Below, piece by piece: positions 46,325 to 56,198 of a DNA stretch of 64,000 nucleotides. Source of the stretch: Porphyromonadaceae bacterium UBA7555. Lineage in GTDB: Bacteria > Bacteroidota > Bacteroidia > Bacteroidales > Muribaculaceae. The notes under the pieces were generated by a model, which made no database searches, was not told the origin of the DNA, and saw nothing but the letters and a program-made list of their open reading frames with translations. The number at the start of each line of letters is the position of its first letter. Position 1 is the first letter of the stretch. Both the position numbers and the translations under genes were made by a program. The stretch lies in NCBI GenBank assembly GCA_002478045.1, contig DLLT01000008.1:1803-65802 (forward strand), in the 5' to 3' direction.

Positions 46325-47587
46325 TTAGTGTAGCTCGGCGCGGATGACGGCGTTGCGCATGCGGCGGAGGGTCGGGCCGGCTTTGGCTACGGAGTTTTCG
46401 AGGGCACGTATCTCTGCGGCTACGGTGCGGTCGCCGTTGGCGTAGCGTTGTCGTAGATGGTCGAGCTGTCGGCGATAAGCTTGGTCGAGATTGTACTGCT
46501 GAAGGTATTGCGACATCAGTTCACGTGCCTCGGAGCTGCGGAAATCTGAGAGGCGATAGTATACGGTTCGTCCTTCGATGCTGAAGGGGTAGGGCAGCGC
46601 ATCGGTCATGCGTGCGTCTTTTGTGCCGGCGTCTATGGCGGCGGCACGTGCCTTGATTTGCTCTCGGATGGCAGCGGCGTCCGTGGAGGCATCTCGTGTG
46701 GCGGCCATATCGGTGATGAAGGCGCGGTCGGCCAGGTCTTCGCGCTCGGGGTCGAGGTTGTGGCGCGTGGCGTTGGTGAGATATGTGTACACGGTGATGC
46801 TATCGCTGTCGAGGCTGTTGCGATCCGTGGCCCACCATCCTATGCCGTTGTCCGTGTCTATGGCCATAAGTATGTCATCGTAGGGCGAGTTGTAAGGCAT
46901 CCCGACGTTCACCGGTTCGAGGAAGTCTCCCGTGGCGTCATCGCGGCGGGTCATGTATATGTCGTATCCGCCTATCGAGGTTTCGGGGTCTTTGGCGGAG
47001 AAGTACAGGGTGCTGCCATCGGTGAGCATATAGGGGCAGGTGGTGGCGTATTGAGCCGAGGGAAAAACTTTTGTCGGGGGCTCCAGCGTTCCATCGTCCA
47101 GTATTCCGGCGTGGTACAGTGTAGAGCGACCGGTGCTGTCCGGCGCGTTCCAGAATACTTCGCGCCCATCGTTGGCGGTATATACTATTGTCTTGTCGTT
47201 GGCGCGGATGTTGGGCGGCAGCATCTGTCGCGTGCCTAAGCGTCCGGCGTTTGCCGGCAGTGGTATGGCTTGGGCCAGACGGTCGCGCGGCACGGTCACC
47301 GAATCAATGATGGCTATTTCCTCGACACGTTGCAGCATATTGTCCATCAGTACTATGCGTGCGCGCAGCTCGTTGGCTGATGCGGGGAGGTCGCGGCGTG
47401 CGCGTTTGGCTGCGGCTTCCCAGCGTTCCATCAGTTCTTGGGCCTGTTCGATGTCATAGCTGTTGAGGGCGTCCGAGACCTGTTCCGAGAGGTCTTCATA
47501 GGCCGGTGTATGCTTTTTCTTGGGTGCGGCATTGGTGGCCATGGCGATTGTCAAGGCTGCGGCCAATGTTAGTGTCAGGTGCTTCAT
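46325..47587 (-). CDS. Secreted hypothetical protein with TolB/PD40-like beta-propeller blades and helical flanks
   Basis: 420 aa. Signal peptide MKHLTLTLAAALTIAMATNA. Contains PD40-like STLYFSAKDPETSIGGYDIYMTRRD. Confidence 0.7.
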   Translation of the reverse strand: MKHLTLTLAAALTIAMATNAAPKKKHTPAYEDLSEQVSDALNSYDIEQAQELMERWEAAAKRARRDLPASANELRARIVLMDNMLQRVEEIAIIDSVTVPRDRLAQAIPLPANAGRLGTRQMLPPNIRANDKTIVYTANDGREVFWNAPDSTGRSTLYHAGILDDGTLEPPTKVFPSAQYATTCPYMLTDGSTLYFSAKDPETSIGGYDIYMTRRDDATGDFLEPVNVGMPYNSPYDDILMAIDTDNGIGWWATDRNSLDSDSITVYTYLTNATRHNLDPEREDLADRAFITDMAATRDASTDAAAIREQIKARAAAIDAGTKDARMTDALPYPFSIEGRTVYYRLSDFRSSEARELMSQYLQQYNLDQAYRRQLDHLRQRYANGDRTVAAEIRALENSVAKAGPTLRRMRNAVIRAELH

Positions 47588-47664
47588 CGCGATGTTATGC
47601 TTAGTGTGGTTGTGTGTAAGAGGAAGTATTAAAATAGGGCTTCGGCCTCATAAAGGACACCTCG

Positions 47665-48222
47665 TCAGCGTATGTCCAGCAACTTGTGTGTCTGCAAAGA
47701 CAGACCCCAATGCGGGTGTTGCAAGATATATTCCACTGTTTCGGCGATGTTCAGGCCCGAACAAGGTTGTAGCTTGGCGCAAGGTACGTTGAAATGGCGG
47801 TATATTGTCTCGACGTCTTGGCCGGTGTACACTACTTTCAGCTCGTCTACGCGGTCGATGCCCCAGGGACCTTCGCCTTTGGGCGAGCAGGTGACCCAGT
47901 CTACTTCCGGCGGCACGGGGCGTGTGCCGTTGGTCTCTATTTGGACGTAAAATCCGTGGGCCTTGATGGCGCGCAGCAGGTCGCTATCGGCTTGTAGCGT
48001 GGGCTCGCCGCCGGTGAGTACCAGGTGGCGCGCCGGAAAGGCGGCGGCGGCTTCGGCGATTTCGGCGGCGGTCATTTCGTTGTATCGTGCGTGATCGGTG
48101 TCGCAGAAGTCGCAACGAATGTTGCAGCCGCTCAGGCGCACAAATACGGCGGCCGTGCCGGTGTAGCGGCCTTCGCCTTGCAGCGAGTAGAAGATTTCGT
48201 TTACGCGATATTTCTTGTCCAT
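47665..48222 (-). CDS. queE: 7-carboxy-7-deazaguanine synthase
   Basis: Start at the ATG at 48222 (MDKKYRVNEIFYSLQGEG). Contains the radical-SAM motif CNIRCDFCDT. Confidence 0.9.
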   Translation of the reverse strand: MDKKYRVNEIFYSLQGEGRYTGTAAVFVRLSGCNIRCDFCDTDHARYNEMTAAEIAEAAAAFPARHLVLTGGEPTLQADSDLLRAIKAHGFYVQIETNGTRPVPPEVDWVTCSPKGEGPWGIDRVDELKVVYTGQDVETIYRHFNVPCAKLQPCSGLNIAETVEYILQHPHWGLSLQTHKLLDIR

Positions 48223-48244
48223 AATCGAGTGGCGTTGGCGCGTG

Positions 48245-48577
48245 TCAGTCGCGTTGATACGATGCGATGTTTCCTTCGCTTTCCTGAACATCGACGCGGT
48301 AGCAGTTGGGTACGTTGTCGCATATCCAGCGGGCGATATTCTCGGCCGTAGGATTGAAAGGCAGCACTTCGTTGAGGTTGGCGTGGTCCAGTCGGTCCAT
48401 CACCGTGCTTTTGATGTGAGTGAAATCGGTGACCATGCCATCGGCGTTCAGCTCGGTCGCGCGGCAGTGCACGGTGATTATCCAGTTGTGCCCGTGTGTA
48501 TTGGTGCATTTGCTGTCGTAGGACAGCGTCAGGCGGTGTGCCGCCGATATTTCGAGTTTTTTGGTGAGATAATACAT
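48245..48577 (-). CDS. queD: 6-carboxy-5,6,7,8-tetrahydropterin synthase
   Basis: 110 aa. Contains the PTPS motifs ISAAHRL and THGHNW. Confidence 0.9.
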   Translation of the reverse strand: MYYLTKKLEISAAHRLTLSYDSKCTNTHGHNWIITVHCRATELNADGMVTDFTHIKSTVMDRLDHANLNEVLPFNPTAENIARWICDNVPNCYRVDVQESEGNIASYQRD

Positions 48578-48607
48578 TGTCAGCTTGGAATGTAGTGGTG
48601 TTGCGTG

Positions 48608-50155
48608 TCAGTCTGTACTTTGCTTGGTTTTGTCCGGCTCAGGTTCGGCGCAATTGGCCTCGGTCTCGGACTCTGTGTCCTCTGTCGGTGCCGGCAGCTT
48701 GGACGGGTCGCCTTGAAGACCGTTTTGTGCGCCCAAATCCAGTAGGTAGTCGATGGCGGCTTGGCGTGTCGGCTCGATTTCGCAGTCGCGTGACACTCGG
48801 GTCAGATTGGACATCAGCATTCCCACAACGGGACCTTGCGTCAGGCCGAACATAGCCATAATATCGTAGCCGTTGAGTGCCGGACGAAAGGCGCGCTCGG
48901 CGTCCAGGGCGTTGATTTCGGCAAATTTGCGCTCGACAATATCGAAGTTGTCAAGGAAGCGCTGTTTTTTCTCGATATTCTTGGATGTGATGTCGGCACG
49001 TGCCAGTATCATCAGCGCGTCCAGGTCGTCTTCGGCGTAGTTGATGAGTCTACGTACGGCGCTGTCCGTCACTTCGTCTTCCACCAGCGCAATGGGACGC
49101 ATGTGCAGGTCCACGAGGCGTTTGACGCGGCGCATTTCGGCTCCCATAGGCAATTTGAGCCGCGCAAATATGCGCGGCACCATCTTGGCACCTATGAAAT
49201 TGTGGTTGTGGAATGTCCATCCCACTTGAGGGTCGTAGCGCTTGGTCAGCGGCTTGGCGATGTCGTGCAGCAGCGCCGCCCATCGCACCCAGAGGTCGTC
49301 GGTGGCGGCGGCTACGTTGTCAAGCACTTCGAGTGTGTGGTAGAAGTTGTCTTTGTGTCCGCGCCCGTTGACCACCTGTACGCCCACCAAAGCTTCCAGT
49401 TCGGGTAGGATTATAGCCAGTAGTCCGCTGTGATGCAGCAGGTCCCAGCCTATGGACGGGCGTGGCGAGGCCATAATTTTATTGAGCTCGGTGGTGATGC
49501 GCTCGGTGGTGATGATGCGTATACGTTCGGCCTGTGTACGTATGGCCTCGAAGGTCTCGGGGCAGATGTCAAATTGCAGTTGAGTGGCAAAACGTATGGC
49601 ACGCATCATCCTCAGCGGGTCGTCGCTGAAGGTCACTTCCGGTTCAAGTGGTGTGCGAATTATGCGGTCTTGCAGATCCTGCAGCCCGTTGTAATTGTCT
49701 ATGAGCCGTCCGAACGAGCCCTCGTTGATACATAGGGCCATAGCATTGATGGTGAAGTCGCGTCGTGCGATGTCTTCTTCGAGTGTGCCGTCTTCGACTA
49801 TGGGGTTGCGCGAATCGTGTCGGTAGCTTTCGCGGCGTGCGCCCACAAATTCCAGTTCGAGCCGTCCGCGCTTGACTTGTGCGGTGCCGTAGCTGCGAAA
49901 TACGCCTAAGTGTGTGCCTCGTCCGAGTTTCCGGGCCACGGCCGTGGCAAGTGTTATGCCCGAGCCGACGGTGACGAAGTCGATGTCATTAAGCTCGCCG
50001 CGATGCAGCATTGCGTCGCGCACGTATCCGCCCACAACGTATGCCTCCATACCCAAGTCATCGGCCACTTGGCCTACTCGCTTGAATATGCGGTCGTGCA
50101 GCAGACGTGCGTAGTTGCTATTGCCTTGTTCTTCGTCCGTCAGCGGTGTCGTCAT
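48608..50155 (-). CDS. tRNA nucleotidyltransferase (CCA-adding)/poly(A) polymerase family protein with an HD domain
   Basis: Contains GGYVRDAMLH...DIDF in the head domain, an HD region (LLHDIAKP), and an acidic C-terminal extension. Confidence 0.85.
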   Translation of the reverse strand: MTTPLTDEEQGNSNYARLLHDRIFKRVGQVADDLGMEAYVVGGYVRDAMLHRGELNDIDFVTVGSGITLATAVARKLGRGTHLGVFRSYGTAQVKRGRLELEFVGARRESYRHDSRNPIVEDGTLEEDIARRDFTINAMALCINEGSFGRLIDNYNGLQDLQDRIIRTPLEPEVTFSDDPLRMMRAIRFATQLQFDICPETFEAIRTQAERIRIITTERITTELNKIMASPRPSIGWDLLHHSGLLAIILPELEALVGVQVVNGRGHKDNFYHTLEVLDNVAAATDDLWVRWAALLHDIAKPLTKRYDPQVGWTFHNHNFIGAKMVPRIFARLKLPMGAEMRRVKRLVDLHMRPIALVEDEVTDSAVRRLINYAEDDLDALMILARADITSKNIEKKQRFLDNFDIVERKFAEINALDAERAFRPALNGYDIMAMFGLTQGPVVGMLMSNLTRVSRDCEIEPTRQAAIDYLLDLGAQNGLQGDPSKLPAPTEDTESETEANCAEPEPDKTKQSTD

Positions 50156-51357
50156 TGCTCGAAGCTGATAAGTTGGGTGGGGGCGTTGGTGAGGCAGCGC
50201 ATTGGGGCGTCCTCGCGTACTACGTAAGTGTTTTCGATTCCTACCGCGCCTACGCCCGGAATGACGAATTTGGGCTCTATGGCGATGACGTTGCCGGCTT
50301 CGAGAACGTCACGACTGCGCGGTGCAATGACGGGCAATTCGTTGATTTCGATACCTACGCCGTGTCCTACAAATCCGGCGTGCTGGCGGTGTCCCATAAA
50401 GTAGTGTTCCAGCCCGGCTTCGCGTGCCATCTCGAGCGCTTTTTCGTACATTGCCGAAGCCGCAGTGCCCACACGACCCATTTTAGCGAGGGTGTCGCAG
50501 ATGTCTATGGACAATTGGTGCGCGCGGCGTGCATCTTCGGGTATGTCTCCCAAGACAAAGGTACGTGTCATGTCGGTCATATATCCGGTGTAATTGCCGT
50601 TGACGTCCACCATTACCGTCATACCGGTGCGTATAATAGTACCGTTAGCACCTACTGGCAGCGATGGATCGGCTCCGGCACCACCCATGGCAAAGTCATA
50701 GGGTGATGGTGCATCGGCGTTTTCTCCGGCCAAGACGTTGCCCATATATAGTTCCATATCGTTGCCGTTGATGCGGAATTGTCCGAGACATCCTTCGAGG
50801 CGCGAGACGCGCTCTATTTCGACTTGCAGTTCGATATCGGTCATATTGTCGCGGTATAGACGAGGAATCATACGGTATACATGCTCGTGACAGCTTCCCG
50901 AGGCGGCGATAAGCTGTATCTCGCCGGGGGTCTTGACGGCGCGGGCGTGACGTAGCAGGGCATCGGCATTGGCCGCCTCGCCGGGTTCGATGCCCATGGC
51001 GCGGCATAGGCGCAGTACGGCATTGTAAGGCAGGGTGTCCTGTTCCAGTGCCAAGCGCTTGGGCTTGGGCAGCGAATGGTGCTGCAGCTCTTCGAGAATA
51101 TTCTCTGGCTTGTGTATGGTTATGACGTTGTCGCCTTCGAGGTCTACGGGGCGTTTGACAAAGTAGGTCGGGGCGTCTGCATCGCGGTGTATGTAGATGT
51201 ATCCGCTGTAGACGCGGCCTGTCATATAGTATAAGTTGGCGTTGATGGTCAGCAGCATGGCGTCAGTGCCATCTTGCGCCATAAGTTTTTTGAGGCGCGA
51301 TAGTTTCAGCGCCAGCTCGTCGGCGCTGAGCAGTTGCAGTATGTTTGACCGTTTCAT
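50152..51357 (-). CDS. M24-family Xaa-Pro peptidase
   Basis: 401 aa. Pita-bread fold motifs (HGVGIEINE, GNVIAIEP). ATGA overlap with the downstream CCA-enzyme gene. Confidence 0.85.
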   Translation of the reverse strand: MKRSNILQLLSADELALKLSRLKKLMAQDGTDAMLLTINANLYYMTGRVYSGYIYIHRDADAPTYFVKRPVDLEGDNVITIHKPENILEELQHHSLPKPKRLALEQDTLPYNAVLRLCRAMGIEPGEAANADALLRHARAVKTPGEIQLIAASGSCHEHVYRMIPRLYRDNMTDIELQVEIERVSRLEGCLGQFRINGNDMELYMGNVLAGENADAPSPYDFAMGGAGADPSLPVGANGTIIRTGMTVMVDVNGNYTGYMTDMTRTFVLGDIPEDARRAHQLSIDICDTLAKMGRVGTAASAMYEKALEMAREAGLEHYFMGHRQHAGFVGHGVGIEINELPVIAPRSRDVLEAGNVIAIEPKFVIPGVGAVGIENTYVVREDAPMRCLTNAPTQLISFEQ

Positions 51358-51493
51358 AGCGTGTACTGTCTTTATATAAAAGGTCTGTATGTTGTTTTGG
51401 TTGTTTCTAATTCAAAGAATGTATGCGCTTTGTCAATGATACATATATGCGCTTTCTACGAGCGTAAGTGCGTACTCCGCATCGAGGTCGTCT

Positions 51494-52126
51494 TCAGACA
51501 ATGTCCTCCAACTCGCCGAAGCGATGAATGACGGCATCGGCGTCCTTGACTTTTCCAAAGCCATAGGCACAGTAGATCATCCGAGCACCGACAGCATGGG
51601 CTGCATCGCTGTCCCCCTGAGTATCACCTACGTATACCGGGTGGGTCAGACCGTAATTGCGCACAAGTAGCGCGATATTCCCGGCTTTATCCAGTCCCGT
51701 ACCGCCGTGGCTCAGCGCGTCTTTGAAGTAAGGACGCAGGCCGTTGACGTCAAGAAAGTTGTCAAGTCCGAGAGGTCCGCAGTTGCTTACCATAAACAGC
51801 GGCAAACGGCGTGCCAGTTCGGGTATTGTCTCGACCACTCCGTCATACAAGCGTCCGCGCAGTCCCGGCATCATCGTGGCTTCGTTGGCATTGAGCAGTT
51901 GCAGAAAGTGTCCGTCTTTGTCGTGGCCAGGGGCGATGTCCTCGATGATGTCTTCGAGGTGCTTGCCCATTTCGCGCATCAGCACATCACGAGTGACATG
52001 CGGTACATCGGTGATGCCCGCCTGATCGAACGTCTCATTCCATATCCGTGCATACGAGTCCACGGCATCCCATAGAGTGCCGTCCATATCGAATATCAAG
52101 GCATCGCATTGCAGCTTTTCGTTCAT
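51494..52126 (-). CDS. HAD-IA phosphatase (phosphoglycolate-phosphatase-like)
   Basis: Contains FDMDGTLWD, a SNC motif, and GDTQGD. Confidence 0.85.
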   Translation of the reverse strand: MNEKLQCDALIFDMDGTLWDAVDSYARIWNETFDQAGITDVPHVTRDVLMREMGKHLEDIIEDIAPGHDKDGHFLQLLNANEATMMPGLRGRLYDGVVETIPELARRLPLFMVSNCGPLGLDNFLDVNGLRPYFKDALSHGGTGLDKAGNIALLVRNYGLTHPVYVGDTQGDSDAAHAVGARMIYCAYGFGKVKDADAVIHRFGELEDIV

Positions 52127-52152
52127 TTTTCGTAGTGCTTGGCCGGTTCGTA

Positions 52153-52620
52153 TTACTTGGATGGCGGCAGCGGAGTGACGCCTATTTGTTCGATTTCGGT
52201 GAGCGTATCCAGACGCATGATGTGACGCAGGTGCAGCGAGCCGCCTCGACGCAAGGGCTGTCGCAAGGTCACGGTATCGGTATACTGATACGTGACGCCG
52301 CTACCGTGGCCTCTCCACCGGCCCCATGCATCGGCCATGGTGACGTCTAAGGTGTCCGTGGCCGTGCTGTCGGCCGTGTCATACTTGATTTCGAGCCACA
52401 AGTTGGAATATTCGTAATTGTGACTATGCCGTATGGTCAATGCGATGCGGTTAGTGGGTTCGGCACTGTCAGGCGTTAGGGTCACTGTACTGCCGTAGCG
52501 CCATCCGTCAATGTCAATGTCAGACCATGCACCGGGTGTGCCGTCTGAACATGACACGATACCCGGAGCCATCAGGGCACCGAGTATCGCCGATAATATT
52601 ATATGTAGATGCTTATGCAT
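52153..52620 (-). CDS. gldH: GldH-family lipoprotein
   Basis: 155 aa. Lipobox IVSC. Contains IRHSHNYEYSNLWLEI, typical of GldH. Its start overlaps the PSP1 stop by 8 nt. Confidence 0.7.
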   Translation of the reverse strand: MHKHLHIILSAILGALMAPGIVSCSDGTPGAWSDIDIDGWRYGSTVTLTPDSAEPTNRIALTIRHSHNYEYSNLWLEIKYDTADSTATDTLDVTMADAWGRWRGHGSGVTYQYTDTVTLRQPLRRGGSLHLRHIMRLDTLTEIEQIGVTPLPPSK

Positions 52621-54028
52621 CTGTTTTGGGCTCTTTAGTCTGTTGGTTGTCAGTTCCGTTGCCGTTGTTTCGCGGCTTTCTTTTATTGCGGCGGTTGGGC
52701 CGTGGTTGATTTGTCGGCTTGGGTTCTTTGCCTTCTTTTGTCGGTTTAGGGCCTTTGTCCTTGGCCGATTTCTTTTTCTTGTGCTTCTTTTTGTCGAAGC
52801 GGGTCAGTTCGTCTTGGTCCAACAGGTCGTTGACATTGGAACGTTCCTTGGCTGCCGCTTCGGCCGCTTCGGCATCGCGCAGCAGCGTTGCAGGCTTTTT
52901 GCCCTCTTTATTGAGGGCAATGATTTCGAATACGCGTTCGGCATCCAGTGTCGTGAGGTTGGCGGCCATTGACTTGTCCGACGAGTATATAATTTCGCGC
53001 TTAAAGACATCGGTCTTGAAGTGGTACCAAGTGGCATCCGCTGTTTCGAGCCGTATGTTTTTGGGCGGCATACGCTTGACGGTCTCTACGTAGGTGTCTA
53101 CTTCGAAGTTGAGACAGCACTTTAGCTTGGCGCATTGTCCGGCCAGTTTTTGCGGATTGAGCGAGATGTCCTGAAAACGGGCGGCGCTGGTGGAGACGCT
53201 GACAAAGTTCTGCATCCACGATGAGCAGCACAACGGTCGACCGCAGGGGCCTATGCCGCCAATGCGTCCGGCTTCTTGGCGCGCGCCTATCTGTTTCATC
53301 TCGATGCGTATCTTGAAGGTGTCGGCCAGGACTTTAATCAGCTGGCGGAAGTCGACACGTGCATCGGCTATGTAATAGAATATGGCTTTATTGCCATCGC
53401 CTTGGTACTCCACATCGCCGATTTTCATATCCAATAGGAGGCTCTGGGCGATTTTGCGGGCGCGTATCATGGTGTCCTGTTCGCGCGCGCGGGCTTCGTT
53501 GTATTTGTCGATGTCTGCGGGCTTGGCTTTACGGAATACGCGTTTTGTCTCAGCGTTGGGGCGTATGCCGCTTTTGCGCATTTGCAGGCGTACGAGCGCT
53601 CCGGTAAGCGTCACCGTTCCGATGTCATGACCCGGCTGTGCTTCTACGGCCACCAAGTCGCCGACTTTTAGCGGGATGTTTGTGGAGTTCTTGTAGTAGC
53701 CTTTGCGAGTGTTTTTGAACTGCACCTCCACCATATCATCATCGGCATATCCTCCGGGGATGTCTTCAAGCCAGTTGAAACTGTGCAACTTATGCCTTGC
53801 CGTATCTGAGCATCCGCTGCAGCCCGGGCATTTGCCTTTGGGGCATATGCCGTCTGTTGCCTTGGGGCACGACCCGTCTGCTGCTTTGGGGCAGGCGCAT
53901 CGGCTATGGACGGCTTCGGACTGCGCCTTGTCTTGCGAGTCCTTTCCCTCGCCGGCGCTGTCCGAATCCTCCACGGGGGCGTGCAGGGCGTTGTTTATGT
54001 TTTCTAAATCGTTGATTTCGTTGCTCAT
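52613..54028 (-). CDS. PSP1-domain protein (RicT/YaaT family) with a Cys-rich N-terminal repeat and a Lys-rich tail
   Basis: I preferred the ATG at 54028 (MSNEIN...); the track start at 54064 is TTG. The PSP1 core contains GPCGRPLCCSSW...KLKCCLNFE. Confidence 0.85.
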   Translation of the reverse strand: MSNEINDLENINNALHAPVEDSDSAGEGKDSQDKAQSEAVHSRCACPKAADGSCPKATDGICPKGKCPGCSGCSDTARHKLHSFNWLEDIPGGYADDDMVEVQFKNTRKGYYKNSTNIPLKVGDLVAVEAQPGHDIGTVTLTGALVRLQMRKSGIRPNAETKRVFRKAKPADIDKYNEARAREQDTMIRARKIAQSLLLDMKIGDVEYQGDGNKAIFYYIADARVDFRQLIKVLADTFKIRIEMKQIGARQEAGRIGGIGPCGRPLCCSSWMQNFVSVSTSAARFQDISLNPQKLAGQCAKLKCCLNFEVDTYVETVKRMPPKNIRLETADATWYHFKTDVFKREIIYSSDKSMAANLTTLDAERVFEIIALNKEGKKPATLLRDAEAAEAAAKERSNVNDLLDQDELTRFDKKKHKKKKSAKDKGPKPTKEGKEPKPTNQPRPNRRNKRKPRNNGNGTDNQQTKEPKTDA

Positions 54029-54053
54029 ATCACCTTGTTTGGTAAAGCTTATA

Positions 54054-55598
54054 TTATTTGGCAAAGCTTACCGAGCGTGTTTCGCGGATGACCGTGATTT
54101 TGACTTGTCCGGGATAAGTGAGTTCGTCCTGGATGCGACGTGCAATTTCGGCCGACAGCTTCTCGGTCTCGGCATCGTCAATCTTGTCGGCACCGACGAT
54201 GACGCGGAGTTCGCGTCCGGCTTGTATGGCGTAAGTCTTGATGACACCCGGGTACGAGAGTGCCAGTTGCTCAAGGTCTTTGAGACGTTTGATGTATGCT
54301 TCGACGATTTCGCGGCGAGCGCCGGGGCGAGCGCCGGAGATCGCATCGCAAACTTGTACGATAGGGGCAAGCAGCGTGGTCTGCTCAATTTCGTCGTGGT
54401 GTGCGCCTATGGCATTGCATATTTCGGGCTTCTCCTTGTACTTCTCGGCCAGTTTCATGCCCAGCAGTGCGTGCGGCAGTTCGGGCTCCTCGTCGGGCAC
54501 TTTGCCTATATCGTGCAGAAGTCCGGCACGGCGTGCCTTCTTGGGATTGAGGCCGAGTTCCGAGGCCATAACGGCGCAGAGATTGGCTGTTTCGCGCGAG
54601 TGTTGCAGCAGGTTTTGACCATAGCTGGAGCGGTATTTCATCTTGCCCACCAGACGTATTAGATCGGGATGCAACCCGTGGATACCCAGGTCTATGGCTG
54701 TGCGCTTGCCGGTCTCAATGATTTCTTCTTCGACTTGTTTGCGGACCTTGGCTACGACTTCTTCGATGCGGGCGGGGTGTATGCGTCCGTCTGATACGAG
54801 CTGGTGCAGGGCCAAACGTGCCACTTCGCGACGTACGGGGTCGAATCCGCTAAGGACTATGGCTTCGGGCGTATCGTCCACTATGATTTCGATGCCGGTG
54901 GCGGCTTCGAGGGCGCGGATGTTGCGACCTTCGCGGCCGATGATGCGGCCTTTGATTTCGTCCGAATCGATATGGAATACTGTCACCGAGTTTTCGATGG
55001 CGGTCTCGGTGGCGGTGCGCTGGATGCTTTGGATAATGATTCGCTTGGCTTCTTTATTGGCCGTCATCTTGGCCTCGTCCATAATGTCGTTGATATAGGC
55101 GGCAGCAGCGGTTTTGGCCTCGTCTTTAAGCGATTGGATGAGTTTTTCCTTGGCCTCTTCGGACGAAAGACCGGAGATGTGTTCCAGCGTCTGGCGTACC
55201 GATGCTTTTTCTTGTTCCAGCTCGGCTTCTTTGCGCTCTACGGCTTGATATTGCTCATCCAGGGTCTGGCGTGCGGCCTCAAGCTCGTTGCGTGTACGGG
55301 CGTTTTCTCCCTGCTGTTGATTCAATTGCAGTTCGCGCTGTTTCTGCTTGGCTTCCATGGATTGGAGCTTGGACATGCGCTGGTTGGCGGCTTTTTCGGC
55401 TTCGGCGGTAATCTTGAGGGCCTCTTCGCGGCCTTCCATTTCCTTGTCTTTCTTGATATCGAGAGCCTGGCGCTCGGCGTCAGCCACGATTTGTCGTGCT
55501 CGGCTCTTGGCGTTCGAGCGGTGTATCACTACTGTGACGACCACTCCGAAGGCAGCGGCAATGGCGGCTATGATTATGGTTGTTACTAATGGTGTCAT
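54054..55598 (-). CDS. rny: Ribonuclease Y
   Basis: N-terminal TM, a long coiled coil, a KH domain ([15 protein letters not shown]), and an HD domain (LLHDIGK). Confidence 0.95.
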   Translation of the reverse strand: MTPLVTTIIIAAIAAAFGVVVTVVIHRSNAKSRARQIVADAERQALDIKKDKEMEGREEALKITAEAEKAANQRMSKLQSMEAKQKQRELQLNQQQGENARTRNELEAARQTLDEQYQAVERKEAELEQEKASVRQTLEHISGLSSEEAKEKLIQSLKDEAKTAAAAYINDIMDEAKMTANKEAKRIIIQSIQRTATETAIENSVTVFHIDSDEIKGRIIGREGRNIRALEAATGIEIIVDDTPEAIVLSGFDPVRREVARLALHQLVSDGRIHPARIEEVVAKVRKQVEEEIIETGKRTAIDLGIHGLHPDLIRLVGKMKYRSSYGQNLLQHSRETANLCAVMASELGLNPKKARRAGLLHDIGKVPDEEPELPHALLGMKLAEKYKEKPEICNAIGAHHDEIEQTTLLAPIVQVCDAISGARPGARREIVEAYIKRLKDLEQLALSYPGVIKTYAIQAGRELRVIVGADKIDDAETEKLSAEIARRIQDELTYPGQVKITVIRETRSVSFAK

Positions 55599-55837
55599 AT
55601 AATGTCGGTAGGTGCTTGTTTTGTTGTTATTGGGTTGGTTGTCTTGTGGTTATATGTAGTTGTATTATTGGTTGCTTGTCTTCTATGACTTTTTCGAGCG
55701 AATGTAGAGCCGCAGCACTCTTGCCGGGGTGCAAATGCCCATAGCCGCTCCGAACTGTGTCGGGCGGCGTGCGGGTGTATGCGTTGTGATGCTTGGTGGT
55801 GTGCCTTGAGTCGTGCGTCGGCGATATCGGTCAGCTT

Positions 55838-56143
55838 TTAAGGCTTGGCTTCGGACTTGATATCGAGCATGCGATCCAAGTCGGCTTCAAAGGCCTCCAG
55901 GAGATGCTGTTGGTCGTCGACGCTTTGCTTAAGCTGATAGTACAGCTTGGCAAACTGGAAGGCAGCCATGGCCAGGACCTCTTTGGAGGTTTTGTCTTCA
56001 AATCTACGGCGCCATTCGCTCCATACGCGGTTGACGTTATATTCGGCCTCGCGTATGCGTTCCTCCTTGTCCGGCGCTATGGTCATACTTATGGGTGCGA
56101 CGTCGGCGATTTTTATCGTTATGTTTTGTTCTTTCTTTACCAT
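55838..56143 (-). CDS. zapA: Cell division protein ZapA-like
   Basis: 101 aa. The ITIKIADV...MTI...EE...REAE...V layout and helical C-terminus fit ZapA, as does its position just upstream of rny. Confidence 0.75.
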   Translation of the reverse strand: MVKKEQNITIKIADVAPISMTIAPDKEERIREAEYNVNRVWSEWRRRFEDKTSKEVLAMAAFQFAKLYYQLKQSVDDQQHLLEAFEADLDRMLDIKSEAKP

Positions 56144-56198
56144 TGAATGTATTCAAGCATCGTGAAGCAAAAGTCGTGGGCGCTGTCATCGGTACCCG

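Noticed and set aside
55599-55837. A 6S RNA in the zapA-rny spacer, considered by analogy with the E. coli zapA-ssrS arrangement.
   Set aside because: I found no long imperfect hairpin with a central bubble, no promoter and no terminator. The sequence is largely unstructured and C/A-rich, so I treat it as an rny leader instead.
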